Positions 42,216-51,967 are shown, numbered from the stretch's first letter. The stretch is 64,000 nucleotides of DNA from Anaerolineae bacterium (GCA_026645815.1 JAPKMR010000012.1:26728-90727); one strand, 5' to 3'. Notes: generated by a model from the letters alone, not told the origin. Numbers and translations are program-made.

Positions 42216-43757
42216 ATGATGAATGCGAAAAAGGTGCTCTGGCTCGCGGGTATCGTGGGCCTGATCGGCGCATTGGCCTTTATCGGCAATGGGATGCTGG
42301 CGCACCGTGAGATGGCCATCGCTGCCATGGTGAATCCGATCCAGAGTCAACCGGTACGCCAGTTAGCGCCCGACATCTTTGCATCCCATAATCTCGAAGC
42401 CGTCGCCATCATGTGTACTCTGGCGACCACCACAACAACCACGCTCTCAAATATCACGACTATCGAAAATGCCGCGATGATTGCCAACTATACTGGTTTG
42501 GCGTTAGCGGTGGGTGGAAAAGGGGCCCAGATCGAACCTCAAAAGAATTTCTTCCGTCTGGACAACGCCATTGTCGGTTGGGAATACCGCGTCCAGGCCA
42601 TTCCAGATGGCGTCGGCAACTATAACCTTGCCATGGTAGTCTATGATCGAGATAAAAATATCATCCTCACTGATGCCAACCCTTTTGATGGAAACTCGGC
42701 CTCGATAGTGCTTTTACCTGCTAATACGGGACCGTATTACTTTGAAATTTCACAGTACAGCGAGCAATGCAGTGGTGGAACTTACCGGTTAGTGGTGAGC
42801 AGCGTGCAACCGACCAACACCCCCACCCCCACCAATACACCCACCGCGCCAACCGTCACCACCACGCCGGCGCCCACCTGGATCCCCGGCTTCGATCAAT
42901 ATGAGCCTAACTTCGATTTCGATACGTCAACCACAGTTGCCCCCGGTGTGACTTACAATCTCAACTTTGTTCCCTGGGGCGGACTTGGCCCTGATAATGA
43001 TTATTTCAGGCTATGGATCAAACCTGGGCTTTTCTTCGCCTGCGAAACCCTGGATCTAAACCCTGGCGTTGATACCAATATGATCCTCTACGATGCCAAT
43101 CGCAACCTGGTTTCTGGCAACGATGACCGTGCGTTAGGCGATTACAGCAGCCGGTTGAGTTATTATGCATCATATGAAGGCTGGTTATATATACTTGTAG
43201 GACACGGCGGGCGCATGGACCTGCGCGACACAGCCGATAGTGATTACGATCTACGCTGCACGATGACGGTGCCGGGAACACCTGCCGCCGGGCAACCCAC
43301 TTCACAACCGGTGGATAAAGATATCACACCCGCACCAACGCGCACCCCCCAACCACCTTCCTCACCAGTAGCCACACCCACATCAGCACCCGCCACAGAG
43401 AACGTGACGCTTTCCTTCCGCTCAATAACGATACCCACACCACTTGCGCCAACGCCAACCCCCTCGGGATTCCGCACCTTCCGTGTGATCATCTTCTACG
43501 ATACCAATAACGACGGGCTGTTTGGCGCGGGTGAAGGTGTTCCGGGCTTTTTCATCCGTGTGTTACACGCCGTCAGCAATGAGGAACTGGCACGCAGTTA
43601 CACCGACGATCAAGGACAACAGTCTTTTACTGTGCCCACACCCGGTGCAGTGCGGTTGTTAATTCCGCTACTGGGCCTGGACCGCCTGGTGGACCCCAAC
43701 ACACCAGAAGTAAAAGTGCGTATCGTGCCCTCAACGCTGCCCGCCACCATTCCCTAG
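42216..43757 (+). CDS. secreted/anchored protein with two pre-peptidase-C-terminal-like domains and a Cna-B/CarboxypepD_reg-like domain
   Basis: N-terminal hydrophobic signal/anchor. Two segments have the PPC pattern (YYFEISQY..GGTYRLVVSS and DYFRLWIKPG...MILYDANRNLVSGNDD...YDLRCT), separated by PT-rich linkers. C-terminal FRVIIFYDTNNDGLFGAGEGVPG. Domain names come from pattern memory. Confidence 0.55.
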   Translation: MMNAKKVLWLAGIVGLIGALAFIGNGMLAHREMAIAAMVNPIQSQPVRQLAPDIFASHNLEAVAIMCTLATTTTTTLSNITTIENAAMIANYTGLALAVGGKGAQIEPQKNFFRLDNAIVGWEYRVQAIPDGVGNYNLAMVVYDRDKNIILTDANPFDGNSASIVLLPANTGPYYFEISQYSEQCSGGTYRLVVSSVQPTNTPTPTNTPTAPTVTTTPAPTWIPGFDQYEPNFDFDTSTTVAPGVTYNLNFVPWGGLGPDNDYFRLWIKPGLFFACETLDLNPGVDTNMILYDANRNLVSGNDDRALGDYSSRLSYYASYEGWLYILVGHGGRMDLRDTADSDYDLRCTMTVPGTPAAGQPTSQPVDKDITPAPTRTPQPPSSPVATPTSAPATENVTLSFRSITIPTPLAPTPTPSGFRTFRVIIFYDTNNDGLFGAGEGVPGFFIRVLHAVSNEELARSYTDDQGQQSFTVPTPGAVRLLIPLLGLDRLVDPNTPEVKVRIVPSTLPATIP

Positions 43758-43774
43758 TAACAGGAAGGGATATC

Positions 43775-45226
43775 ATGCTCGACACACCAGAGGTTAAACC
43801 TCACGAAGAGACATCACAGGCCTTCCCGTATCCGCCGGTTGCCGAAGTGCCCGCGGATACGGCGTGCACCCCTATCACAGCGCCTGCGGAACCGATTTCC
43901 GGTCTTCCGCCGTTGCCTCCTGATCCACATGCCGAAGCTCGGGGATTTCCTCCCACCTGGGCGCTGCTGCTCATCGTTCTGGGGGTTTTGTTGATCATTG
44001 CAGCGGCAATCGGCACACTGCTCAGCAATCAACGCGCACAACCCACAGGGGGCGCTGAGCCGCAAGCCGTTGAGAAAATCTCGACCTTTATATCACCGCC
44101 GGACTTGCCAGCAGAGATGATCGTGTTGCAGGAAAACGGGAATCCACTGCCAGCAGCGATTCCCCTGTACCTGAGCGTGAAAGATCAGGAATTTACGATT
44201 ACACCTGTGACAATGGAGGACTACCGGTGGCCCATCCCCGCAGTCGCCGATCATCAAACGGTGTGGATCTATGGCACGGTCATCAACTATGTGATCGGTA
44301 TTCCCTACACACAAATGAGCGAGACCTTGCTCGCCGGACTGGACTCGGCTTCGCGGATTACCGTTACACTGAGCACCGGGACAGAACTGGTCTTTGGTAG
44401 CCCGCAGGCACAACGCATACCGGAAGACGATATCAGTGCGTTGAATCAAAGCCGACCAGGTCTCACCCTGGTATTGCTGAGCAGTGCAACTACCGACCGC
44501 TTGATCATTCAAGCGCGCTATCTGCCAGAAGAGGGCGCCACAACCGGCAACAGCCAGAAGGTGAGCGCAGTGCAGGTATCGGTAGCGGATTCCGGTGTTC
44601 TCGATGCCGACAACAGCGGTTTACAGCGTTTCATTGTTGAGTATGAGGTTACGAATGTTGGCACTGCAACGGTGGACCCCAATCTCTTCGACATGGTGAT
44701 GGAGGATGGCTTGGGACAACGCTATCCCCTGAACCCGGAGACTTCGGCACTGGGTGAAGCGGGGCCATTGCTGGCGCTCGTCCCTGCCGGAACGACAGCG
44801 ACCGGCAGCGCCGGATATCAAGTGCCTCGCGATTTGACTCCACCACTCACCTGGATTTTCCGCGCTGACCCAACTTCCAGTGAAAGCGCGCGTTTCTCAC
44901 TACCCTACCAACCGCCCGCGCCAGCTCCGGGGCAACCTCAAGTTGAACTGAGCTCTGCCTTTGTGGATGGCAGGCGCAATCTGATTGTGATCAATGGGGT
45001 AATTCGAAACGTAGGCGAATCTCCCTTAGCCGTGTCATTCGATAACGTGAAACTGACCTCGAGCATGGGACAGACTACCTTGCAGGCAGCAACGCCGGCG
45101 CTACCCTGGAGCCTACCCGCGGGAGGGCAACAGCTTTTTGAGCTTCAATTTGTGAAGCCCACGGGTGTGGAGTCAGTCTTGTTGGATGTATGGGGTTTCA
45201 CCTTCCAAATCGAAGACCTGCCATAA
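43775..45226 (+). CDS. membrane-anchored hypothetical protein with two DUF4352-like beta domains
   Basis: Pro-rich N-terminus and a single TM (WALLLIVLGVLLIIAAAIGTLL). Two segments resemble the DUF4352 pattern (FIVEYEVTNVGTATV...F.MVMEDG and VINGVIRNVGESPLAV..DNVKLTSS). Confidence 0.5.
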   Translation: MLDTPEVKPHEETSQAFPYPPVAEVPADTACTPITAPAEPISGLPPLPPDPHAEARGFPPTWALLLIVLGVLLIIAAAIGTLLSNQRAQPTGGAEPQAVEKISTFISPPDLPAEMIVLQENGNPLPAAIPLYLSVKDQEFTITPVTMEDYRWPIPAVADHQTVWIYGTVINYVIGIPYTQMSETLLAGLDSASRITVTLSTGTELVFGSPQAQRIPEDDISALNQSRPGLTLVLLSSATTDRLIIQARYLPEEGATTGNSQKVSAVQVSVADSGVLDADNSGLQRFIVEYEVTNVGTATVDPNLFDMVMEDGLGQRYPLNPETSALGEAGPLLALVPAGTTATGSAGYQVPRDLTPPLTWIFRADPTSSESARFSLPYQPPAPAPGQPQVELSSAFVDGRRNLIVINGVIRNVGESPLAVSFDNVKLTSSMGQTTLQAATPALPWSLPAGGQQLFELQFVKPTGVESVLLDVWGFTFQIEDLP

Positions 45227-45246
45227 CACCAGGTTCAGAGTTAACC

Positions 45247-45276
45247 AACGCGGCTCCGTTTGAACGGAGCCGCGTT
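45247..45276. terminator. hairpin between convergent genes (43775..45226 and pgeF)
   Basis: aacgcggctccg-tttgaa-cggagccgcgtt, a 12-14 bp perfect stem. The downstream T tracts are weak. Confidence 0.55.
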
Positions 45277-45300
45277 GCATTTCATCCACAAGTACCGTCA

Positions 45301-46095
45301 CTAACGAAGGCGCATCAGAACACCAAAACGCCCCGTGCGCCCATGCTCGGCGCGATGCGAATACCATTCATCTGTACGCGCCGCAGTATCCAGCTGAGAG
45401 GGGATAACGGTTATCACCCCTACGGCATGGAGCTGTGCAGTGATAGCCGCCGGCAAATCCAGGAACCATTGATTTTGACGTAGCTCAGCAAATGTTGTCT
45501 GCGGCGGTACGGCAGCCTCAATCGCAACCAGAACCTCCGTGCCGACCGCGTAATGACGCAGCCCAATCGCCGGGCCAATCCCCGCCCAGAGGTCTTCCGG
45601 ATGTGTTCCGAAGGAAGCCTGCATTGCCTGCACGGTTGCGGTGACCACCCCCGCGGCCACACCACGCCATCCGGCGTGAGCCAATCCCACTGCATGCCGC
45701 ACACGATCGAAGAACAGCACCGGCGCACAATCCGCGAAACGCATCAGCAAGGCCACTTCCGGTGAGTCGGTGATCAGCGCATCAGTCCCCTGAATGACAC
45801 TGCCGCCCTCCTCGGGACCCACGCGGACCACATGATTCCCATGAACCTGGAAAGGAGTCACCACCATTTCCGGTTGGAGATCAAAGGCAAAACAGATCCG
45901 CTTATAATTCTCGGCAACTGCTGCAGGGTCGTCACCGACAGTGCTGCCCAGATTCAGCTCCGCCAGGTGCCCACGACTGGCGCCACCCAGGCGTGTGAGC
46001 AGCGCATGCTCCACCCCATCTGTTATCTGCGGAAAACGATACCAGGTCAGCCCAGCACCCTGGCAGCGTTCCACAGGTGGCAGCAATGAATTCAT
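45301..46095 (-). CDS. pgeF: YfiH/PgeF (DUF152) family purine nucleoside phosphorylase/laccase-domain protein
   Basis: Matching segments: FQVHGNHVV, TDALIT, ADCAPVLF, AHAGWRG, CT....FYSHR-like TAARTDEWYSHRAE. The ATG at 46095 overlaps the upstream stop (ATGA). Confidence 0.8.
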   Translation of the reverse strand: MNSLLPPVERCQGAGLTWYRFPQITDGVEHALLTRLGGASRGHLAELNLGSTVGDDPAAVAENYKRICFAFDLQPEMVVTPFQVHGNHVVRVGPEEGGSVIQGTDALITDSPEVALLMRFADCAPVLFFDRVRHAVGLAHAGWRGVAAGVVTATVQAMQASFGTHPEDLWAGIGPAIGLRHYAVGTEVLVAIEAAVPPQTTFAELRQNQWFLDLPAAITAQLHAVGVITVIPSQLDTAARTDEWYSHRAEHGRTGRFGVLMRLR

Positions 46096-46535
46096 TTCTT
46101 GAACAGCGATCTCAGCACCAACCCCAACCAGCCAATACACCACATCCCCAAAGCAATCCCCATGAGCGCAATTTTCTGCTCATCCTGAATTGGGACAACC
46201 CTGGCGCCATCAGCCCCTACCTCAATGTAGGCCAATGGGCGCACCCGAACACCTGCGCCGCCACCGCCGAATTCGTTATCATCGTCCTCGCAAGCGCATT
46301 CTTCCGCATCGCTGCAGCAAGCGTCTTCTTCGTGACCGGCGCACGCCTCATCACCGCACTCACAGCTGCACTCTACGGAAGCCGCACCCAATCCCATACC
46401 GAAACCATAGGCGACTTCGGCCACTGGGATCAACACGCGTCCCTGCACCTCCTTAGGCTCACCAAAAACCACGTTGACATCGGCCTTCTCAACAGTAGCT
46501 ACAATCTGGTCCAGCATAGAAGTGAACTTATCCAT
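46092..46535 (-). CDS. GerW/YtfJ-family protein with a Cys/Asp/Glu-rich insert
   Basis: N-terminus VNVVFGEPKEVQGRVLIPVAEVAYGFGMG and C-terminus GGGAGVRVRPLAYIEV fit the YtfJ/GerW pattern. The usual Gly-rich loop is replaced by CSCECGDEACAGHEEDACCSDAEECACEDDD. Confidence 0.65.
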   Translation of the reverse strand: MDKFTSMLDQIVATVEKADVNVVFGEPKEVQGRVLIPVAEVAYGFGMGLGAASVECSCECGDEACAGHEEDACCSDAEECACEDDDNEFGGGGAGVRVRPLAYIEVGADGARVVPIQDEQKIALMGIALGMWCIGWLGLVLRSLFKK

Positions 46536-46590
46536 TGACGTTACCTCCCACTTCGAGACAATGAAATATCAACACTGTAGCGCGCAGCGC

Positions 46591-46887
46591 TCATCTTCTT
46601 ATCAGATGATTCAACAGCAGAATCAAAGACGCGACACCCGCCACGACAAGGGCAGCAGCAGCCATCTGGCTAAGCATGTTCTGAGTCACATCAGGGATAT
46701 TGTGCCAGCGTTTGCCCGCCGTATCCTCTTCGACCACAGAGATAGGACGCATGCGCCTGACATGAAAGATGCCGCCAGAAGCATTGTTTTCGAGTGTGGT
46801 TACCATCACCGAAGGCAAAAAACGCCGCCCGCCAGCCTGGATGGGTGCGCCGGCAATGATCTTCGTGCTTGTAGTCATAGCACTCAT
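46591..46887 (-). CDS. hypothetical protein with C-terminal TM helix
   Basis: 98-aa ORF directly upstream of the GerW-like gene. C-terminal hydrophobic helix AAALVVAGVASLILLL. Weak GerW-like pattern (IAGAPIQAGGRRFLPSVMV...MRPISVV). Confidence 0.45.
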   Translation of the reverse strand: MSAMTTSTKIIAGAPIQAGGRRFLPSVMVTTLENNASGGIFHVRRMRPISVVEEDTAGKRWHNIPDVTQNMLSQMAAAALVVAGVASLILLLNHLIRR

Positions 46888-46962
46888 GTTGAGCTCCTTT
46901 GAAATACAGAGTGTTAGTTATTATAACCCTGCATGAGCTTGTCGCAACTTCAAGGGGATAGG

Positions 46963-47072
46963 GGGGTGCGTTTCAAAACGGGCGTAAAAATCTCAGGCGC
47001 CCCTACAGGGCGCAGAAGAAAAGGCATTTATAGGATAGTCATCTCGCTTTTACCCGAAAGTTGAAACGCATC
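46963..47072 (+). repeat. repeat family B, copy B4 (central hairpin deleted)
   Basis: Best-preserved terminal inverted repeats: ggggtgcgtttcaa ... ttgaaacgcatcc. The internal hairpin segment is missing relative to B1-B3. Confidence 0.75.
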
Positions 47073-47096
47073 CGGACATAGGGGATATTCGGTCGC

Positions 47097-47125
47097 TTGT
47101 CACGTTGCACTCCTTGGGGTATGAT
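47097..47125 (+). promoter_or_regulatory. candidate promoter upstream of the moeA-fusion gene
   Basis: TTGTCA, a 17-nt spacer, then TATGAT, 36 nt upstream of the ATG at 47162. Confidence 0.5.
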
Positions 47126-47161
47126 ATAGGTAATTGAATCTATACAAGATGCAACAATCCT

Positions 47162-49093
47162 ATGGAACATACACGCGACATCTATTTGAGTGAAGTCTCC
47201 CTGGAAGAGGCCTGGAGGCAGATGCGACAGGCTCTGGAAGAGGCCGGTCGCTGGTCGCCCTTACCGGGAGAGACGCTCCCCTTGGATCAGGCATTGGGAC
47301 GTGTCACAGCCGAGCCAGTTTGGGCCAGGCTTTCTTCGCCGCACTACCATGCCTGCGCAATGGATGGTTATGCCCTCCGCGCCGCTGATACGGTTGGCGC
47401 AAGTCCGGCGCATCCCATTCGACTGGAACTCGAGAGACAGGTGCTGGCAGTAGACACCGGAGACCCGCTGCCCTCCTGGGCTGACGCCGTGGTCATGGTA
47501 GAAAACGTGCAGCGTACAGATGAGGCCATCGTTTTGCAAGCGCCTCTTGCCCGGTGGCAGAATGTACGCTCGGTGGGCGAGGACATTGTTGCAACCGAAT
47601 TGCTTTTGCCGGCCAACCACCGGCTGCGCCCGGTGGATTTAGGTGCGCTGGCTGGCACCGGTTACACGACTGTAAATGTGAGGCGACGCCCCCGGGTGGC
47701 GGTCATCCCCACAGGTGATGAATTGGTGACACCGCGGCCCAATCCACGCCCGGGCGAGCTCCTAGAGTACAACAGCCTGGTATTGGGCGCTCAAGTCGAG
47801 GTGTGGGGCGGTGAAGCGTCACGCTTTCCCATTATTCCCGATATTCCTGAGGCGCTCATCGCAGCGGTGACTGAGGCAGCGCAATGGGCAGATTTGATTT
47901 TGCTCAATGCCGGGTCTTCCGCCGGACGAGGCGATTTCTCCGCTCGTGTCGTTACTGCTTTGGGCAAGCTGCTGGTCCATGGCATCAATGTACGCCCCGG
48001 ACATCCCGTCGTGATGGGCGTGATTGGCCCTGAGGCTATTCCCATCATCGGTGTACCGGGTTATCCAGTCTCGGCAGCATTAACCGGTGAACTATTTGTG
48101 CGGCCCCTGTTACACCGGTGGCAGGGATTGGCAGAGCCACAACCTCAAACCGTGAAAGCTCATATCACACGCAAGTTGCTTTCCCCGGCAGCAGATGACG
48201 AATTTGTGCGGGTCGTGGTCGGGCGCGTGGGTGAGCGGGTGCTCGCGGCACCGCTCTCACGCGGCGCCGGCGTCCTCACCTCGCTGGTGCGGGCTGATGG
48301 ACTGGTGCGCATTCCCCGTTTTCAGGAAGGCTTGGATGCCGGGGACGAGGTAAGTGTAGCCCTGTATCAGAGTCCGGAGATTTTGGACCGGACCATTCTA
48401 GCCATCGGCAGCCACGATTTGACCCTGGATCTCATGTCACAATTCCTGGCAGAACAAGAACCACCCCGCCGCCTTGCCAGCGCCAATGCGGGCAGTCTGG
48501 GTGGGCTGATGGCGTTACGACGCGGCGAAGCTCATGTGGCAGGCTCACATCTCCTGGACCCTAAAACCGGCGAATACAATTTACCCCATCTAGCGCAGTA
48601 TCTGCCTGACACCCCTGTTGTCGTAGTCACATTGACGCGCCGGGAACAGGGCTTTATGGTAGCCCCAGGAAATCCCAAAGGCATCTTCACCATCAATGAC
48701 TTAGCGCGGTCCGACGTGACACTGATCAACCGGCAACGAGGTGCAGGTACGCGCATCCTATTGGATTATCTCCTGGAACAACACGGGATCCTGCCAGCGA
48801 ACTTGCGAGGGTATGATAGGGAAGAAGTCACCCATTTGGCCGTAGCGGTGGATATCGCAACCGGACTGGCAGACTGTGGGATGGGGGTACGCGCCGCGGC
48901 TGAAGCATTGGAACTGGATTTTGTGCCAGTGAGCTGGGAACGCTATGATTTGGTGATTCCCCGCGAACATTGGGAGAATGAGTTATTGGCGCCATTGCGC
49001 GCGTTATTGCACAATCCAGTATTCCGCGACGCCGTGGCAGCACTGCCAGGCTACGATCCTGGTTCTATGGGTACGGTAATAGAACAGACTTAA
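47162..49093 (+). CDS. moeA: molybdopterin molybdenumtransferase MoeA fused to a periplasmic-binding-protein-like domain
   Basis: N-terminal 400 aa has MoeA features (SPHYHACAMDGYA, RPRVAVIPTGDEL, LLNAGSSAGRGDF, VRPGHPV). C-terminal 230 aa looks like a PBP-type molybdate/tungstate-binding domain (IGSHDL...AGSHL...INRQRGAGTR). Confidence 0.8.
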   Translation: MEHTRDIYLSEVSLEEAWRQMRQALEEAGRWSPLPGETLPLDQALGRVTAEPVWARLSSPHYHACAMDGYALRAADTVGASPAHPIRLELERQVLAVDTGDPLPSWADAVVMVENVQRTDEAIVLQAPLARWQNVRSVGEDIVATELLLPANHRLRPVDLGALAGTGYTTVNVRRRPRVAVIPTGDELVTPRPNPRPGELLEYNSLVLGAQVEVWGGEASRFPIIPDIPEALIAAVTEAAQWADLILLNAGSSAGRGDFSARVVTALGKLLVHGINVRPGHPVVMGVIGPEAIPIIGVPGYPVSAALTGELFVRPLLHRWQGLAEPQPQTVKAHITRKLLSPAADDEFVRVVVGRVGERVLAAPLSRGAGVLTSLVRADGLVRIPRFQEGLDAGDEVSVALYQSPEILDRTILAIGSHDLTLDLMSQFLAEQEPPRRLASANAGSLGGLMALRRGEAHVAGSHLLDPKTGEYNLPHLAQYLPDTPVVVVTLTRREQGFMVAPGNPKGIFTINDLARSDVTLINRQRGAGTRILLDYLLEQHGILPANLRGYDREEVTHLAVAVDIATGLADCGMGVRAAAEALELDFVPVSWERYDLVIPREHWENELLAPLRALLHNPVFRDAVAALPGYDPGSMGTVIEQT

Positions 49094-49190
49094 AGAGGAT
49101 TGCGCTCTAGTCAGTCAACGGCAGATTGTAAGTTTGCCAGGTCCGCTGCACAGGCAGCGCAACAGGTTCATACAAAAAGAGGACAACGCC

Positions 49191-50009
49191 ATGACACGAG
49201 GACAGACTCTCATTTTGATGATACTCGCGGTGTTGGTGATAGCCGTCATAGCAGCGATGGGATTTATCATCTGGCGCAGCTCACGACTGGAACAGGTGGT
49301 GGTCACTCCCCTGACACTGGAGATTGCAGAAGTGCGCACCGTCATTCCCACGTGGACGCCTACGCCCGCCGGCACGGCGACGCCCACCCTGCCACCCGCG
49401 CCGACCCGCACGCCACTTCCGACGCGCACCCCCTTCCCTACCGCTACACCCACAAATACCCCGACGCCTATACCGGTGGAGCTGGTAAATGGTGAATTTG
49501 ATGGGATCATGCCGAATCGCATCCCGGGATGGGAGTGGAGCGCCGACATCAATTATATGCCCGGTGGTAACTATGATCCCCAAAACTCCTATGCCGAACC
49601 GAGTTTCTCTGCAGCTGATGATCCGGCGCGGCGCATCAATGGCTCGACCCTGAAAATCGAGACCATCCGGTGGCTCAAATTTCGAGCGTGGGTTTACCAA
49701 ACAGTCACGGCAACAACCGGGAGTACCGTCTATCTCCAGGTGAAAGCCAGCGCCTTCTCGTCTATAGACCAATTAAAGTTGCGAGCAGGAATTGACGCTC
49801 AAGGCAACGCGGGTTGCTCGAACGCGCGCTGGGGTGAGGTCATCATCAATCAAGATGATGGCGTCATAACCATCACATCGCCCAGAGTTGTGGTCGGTGC
49901 TGCGGGTCGCGTTACAGCCTGTTTGTACGCAGAACCGCTGTATCCAGATACTAATAATGCAGCCTTCTTTGATCGCGCCGTATTGGTGGTCTCACCGCCA
50001 CGGCCCTAA
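49191..50009 (+). CDS. membrane-anchored hypothetical protein (TM + PT-rich linker + beta-sandwich-like domain)
   Basis: The ATG at 49191 is preceded by AAAGAGGA. TM LILMILAVLVIAVIAAMGFII, a PTPAGTATPTLPPAPTRTP linker, and a C-terminal domain of about 170 aa starting NGEFDG (CBM-like; weak). Confidence 0.55.
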   Translation: MTRGQTLILMILAVLVIAVIAAMGFIIWRSSRLEQVVVTPLTLEIAEVRTVIPTWTPTPAGTATPTLPPAPTRTPLPTRTPFPTATPTNTPTPIPVELVNGEFDGIMPNRIPGWEWSADINYMPGGNYDPQNSYAEPSFSAADDPARRINGSTLKIETIRWLKFRAWVYQTVTATTGSTVYLQVKASAFSSIDQLKLRAGIDAQGNAGCSNARWGEVIINQDDGVITITSPRVVVGAAGRVTACLYAEPLYPDTNNAAFFDRAVLVVSPPRP

Positions 50010-50054
50010 TCACCTTAACGGTATTTGCCCGACTGCAAACAGGAGGGGTTACTT

Positions 50055-51119
50055 ATGTCTTCAGTCATGCCTCCCACGTGTGATGTGGCTGTCATCGGCG
50101 CTGGTCTGGCAGGCGCCTTAATCGCACGCCATCTGGCACAGCAGAATCTGAATATCATTGTGCTGGATGCCAACGATGTCGCTACCGGCGCCACCGGTAA
50201 CAGCGCGGAAATTGCGCTGTTAGGCACCTCGGAATTTCACGCTGTACTAGAAGAGCAACATGGACCCGCTTTTGCCACAGAGACCTGGGAATTAAGCGCG
50301 CAGAACCTGGAACTGCTGGCGGCAACGGCACTGAGCCTGGGATTAGCGGCGCCGGCAGTGGGCAGTTTCCGTTTGATCGGCACCAGCGCCGAGGCCATTC
50401 TGGTGCAGCGTTCGGTACAACGCCTTACACACCAGGGCTTCAATGTATTGCTGGAAGACGCCATGGAATTGGGCTATCTGATTGGCTTGCAGACCTACGA
50501 CGACCTGGCTTTCAATCCTGTTGAGATGACGCAAAGGCTGCTCATGCACGGGCGGATAACACTGCGTCCGCGCACCGAGGTACAACACCTGGAAGCTGAC
50601 AGCAACGGGGTAACCCTGAAGGCAAAACGGAGTTCCTTGCGAGCTAAAGCGGTGGTCGTCGCAGCAGGCGCTTTCGCCACGCGCCTCTGCCCAAGCCTGG
50701 CGCCACATATGAGCATGTTGCCGGTGCAAATTGCCGAATGCCGTACCAATGAGACGCTCCCCATGCCGCTCTTGTTCAATGAGGGGCAAGTATTACTTCA
50801 GGATCGCGGAGAATTTTGGCGCCTCAGCGCCTGGACCCCTCAGGTTGACGAAAACCCCTGGACACAGATAGAAAAATACGGGAAGCAATTCTGCCCTGAG
50901 GCCATCATGACCCGCAGATATACCAGCTGGGTGGCGCAAAGCAGCGATGGATTACCGCTGGTGGGGCAGCTTTCAAAGACGCCCCACATTTACACCCTTA
51001 CCGGTCTGGGACCATGGGGCTTGAGCTGGGCATTCATAGCAACCCAGCAGCTGCTGGGGTTGATGTTGCACGATGAGGACCCAGGGCTTTTCAACGTGCA
51101 GCGCTTTGAGACCATCTGA
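50055..51119 (+). CDS. FAD-dependent oxidoreductase (DAO family)
   Basis: N-terminal dinucleotide fold DVAVIGAGLAGALIARHLA. Size and pattern fit glycine/D-amino-acid oxidase-like enzymes. Confidence 0.75.
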   Translation: MSSVMPPTCDVAVIGAGLAGALIARHLAQQNLNIIVLDANDVATGATGNSAEIALLGTSEFHAVLEEQHGPAFATETWELSAQNLELLAATALSLGLAAPAVGSFRLIGTSAEAILVQRSVQRLTHQGFNVLLEDAMELGYLIGLQTYDDLAFNPVEMTQRLLMHGRITLRPRTEVQHLEADSNGVTLKAKRSSLRAKAVVVAAGAFATRLCPSLAPHMSMLPVQIAECRTNETLPMPLLFNEGQVLLQDRGEFWRLSAWTPQVDENPWTQIEKYGKQFCPEAIMTRRYTSWVAQSSDGLPLVGQLSKTPHIYTLTGLGPWGLSWAFIATQQLLGLMLHDEDPGLFNVQRFETI

Positions 51120-51221
51120 CAGTGATCTTAGCAGGCTCTGGATTTAAGCCGGCACATCCTGACTAAGCGATTATGTTTTCCTATTCAATATAGGTTTTGG
51201 CTTGGGATATGAGGATAAGTT

Positions 51222-51911
51222 ATGAACGCACAGAATACAACTTCAAAGGTTATACGAGTGGCAATCGTAGACGACCATCCCTTCTTTCGACAGGGTGTCA
51301 GCGATGTGTTATCGGCGGAGACCGATATCGAAGTTGTGGCCCAAGCTGCAGATGGTCAGGAAGCATTGGACATCATTCCCAAAGTTGCGCCCGATGTGAC
51401 ACTGATGGATGTAAACCTGCCCTCAATAAATGGCTTGCGCGCAACGCAACAGCTCAAAAATGCCAACCCACAGCTGAACTTCATTATCCTTACCGCCTAC
51501 GACGATCAAGAGCAGATTTATCATGCCATTCGTATTGGGGCTTCTGCCTATTTTTCAAAAGATGTTGATCCAATGCAACTCATAGACACTGTACGTGCCG
51601 TGGCTGAAGGCTATTACGTGATTTCGGGAAGGCGTATGACCCCCGAGCAGGCAGAACAATGGTTATTATCAGGTTACAAACGTTACGGCGTGACTCCAGA
51701 AGATGATGCTTTCACGCCTTTGACCACGAGAGAGATGCAAATCTTGGAACTCATCATTGAAGGGTTGAGCAATAAAGAAATATCATACCGGCTGGGCATT
51801 AGCCAGCAGACGGTCAAGAATCATATCACGTCCATTCTGGCGAAATTGAATCTCGCCGACCGCACTCAGGCGGCTATCTACGCCTTACGGCGTGGATGGG
51901 TGCGTCTGTAA
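51222..51911 (+). CDS. NarL/LuxR-family response regulator
   Basis: Receiver domain (VAIVDDHPFFR, DVTLMDVNLP, ILTAYDD). LuxR HTH (LTTREMQILELIIEGLSNKEISYRLGISQQTVKNHITSILAKL). Confidence 0.9.
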   Translation: MNAQNTTSKVIRVAIVDDHPFFRQGVSDVLSAETDIEVVAQAADGQEALDIIPKVAPDVTLMDVNLPSINGLRATQQLKNANPQLNFIILTAYDDQEQIYHAIRIGASAYFSKDVDPMQLIDTVRAVAEGYYVISGRRMTPEQAEQWLLSGYKRYGVTPEDDAFTPLTTREMQILELIIEGLSNKEISYRLGISQQTVKNHITSILAKLNLADRTQAAIYALRRGWVRL

Positions 51912-51967
51912 GTGCTCGCTACTGCTGCGCTCGAGCGTGAAGCGAAACAATCATGGGGAGGTAAGGT

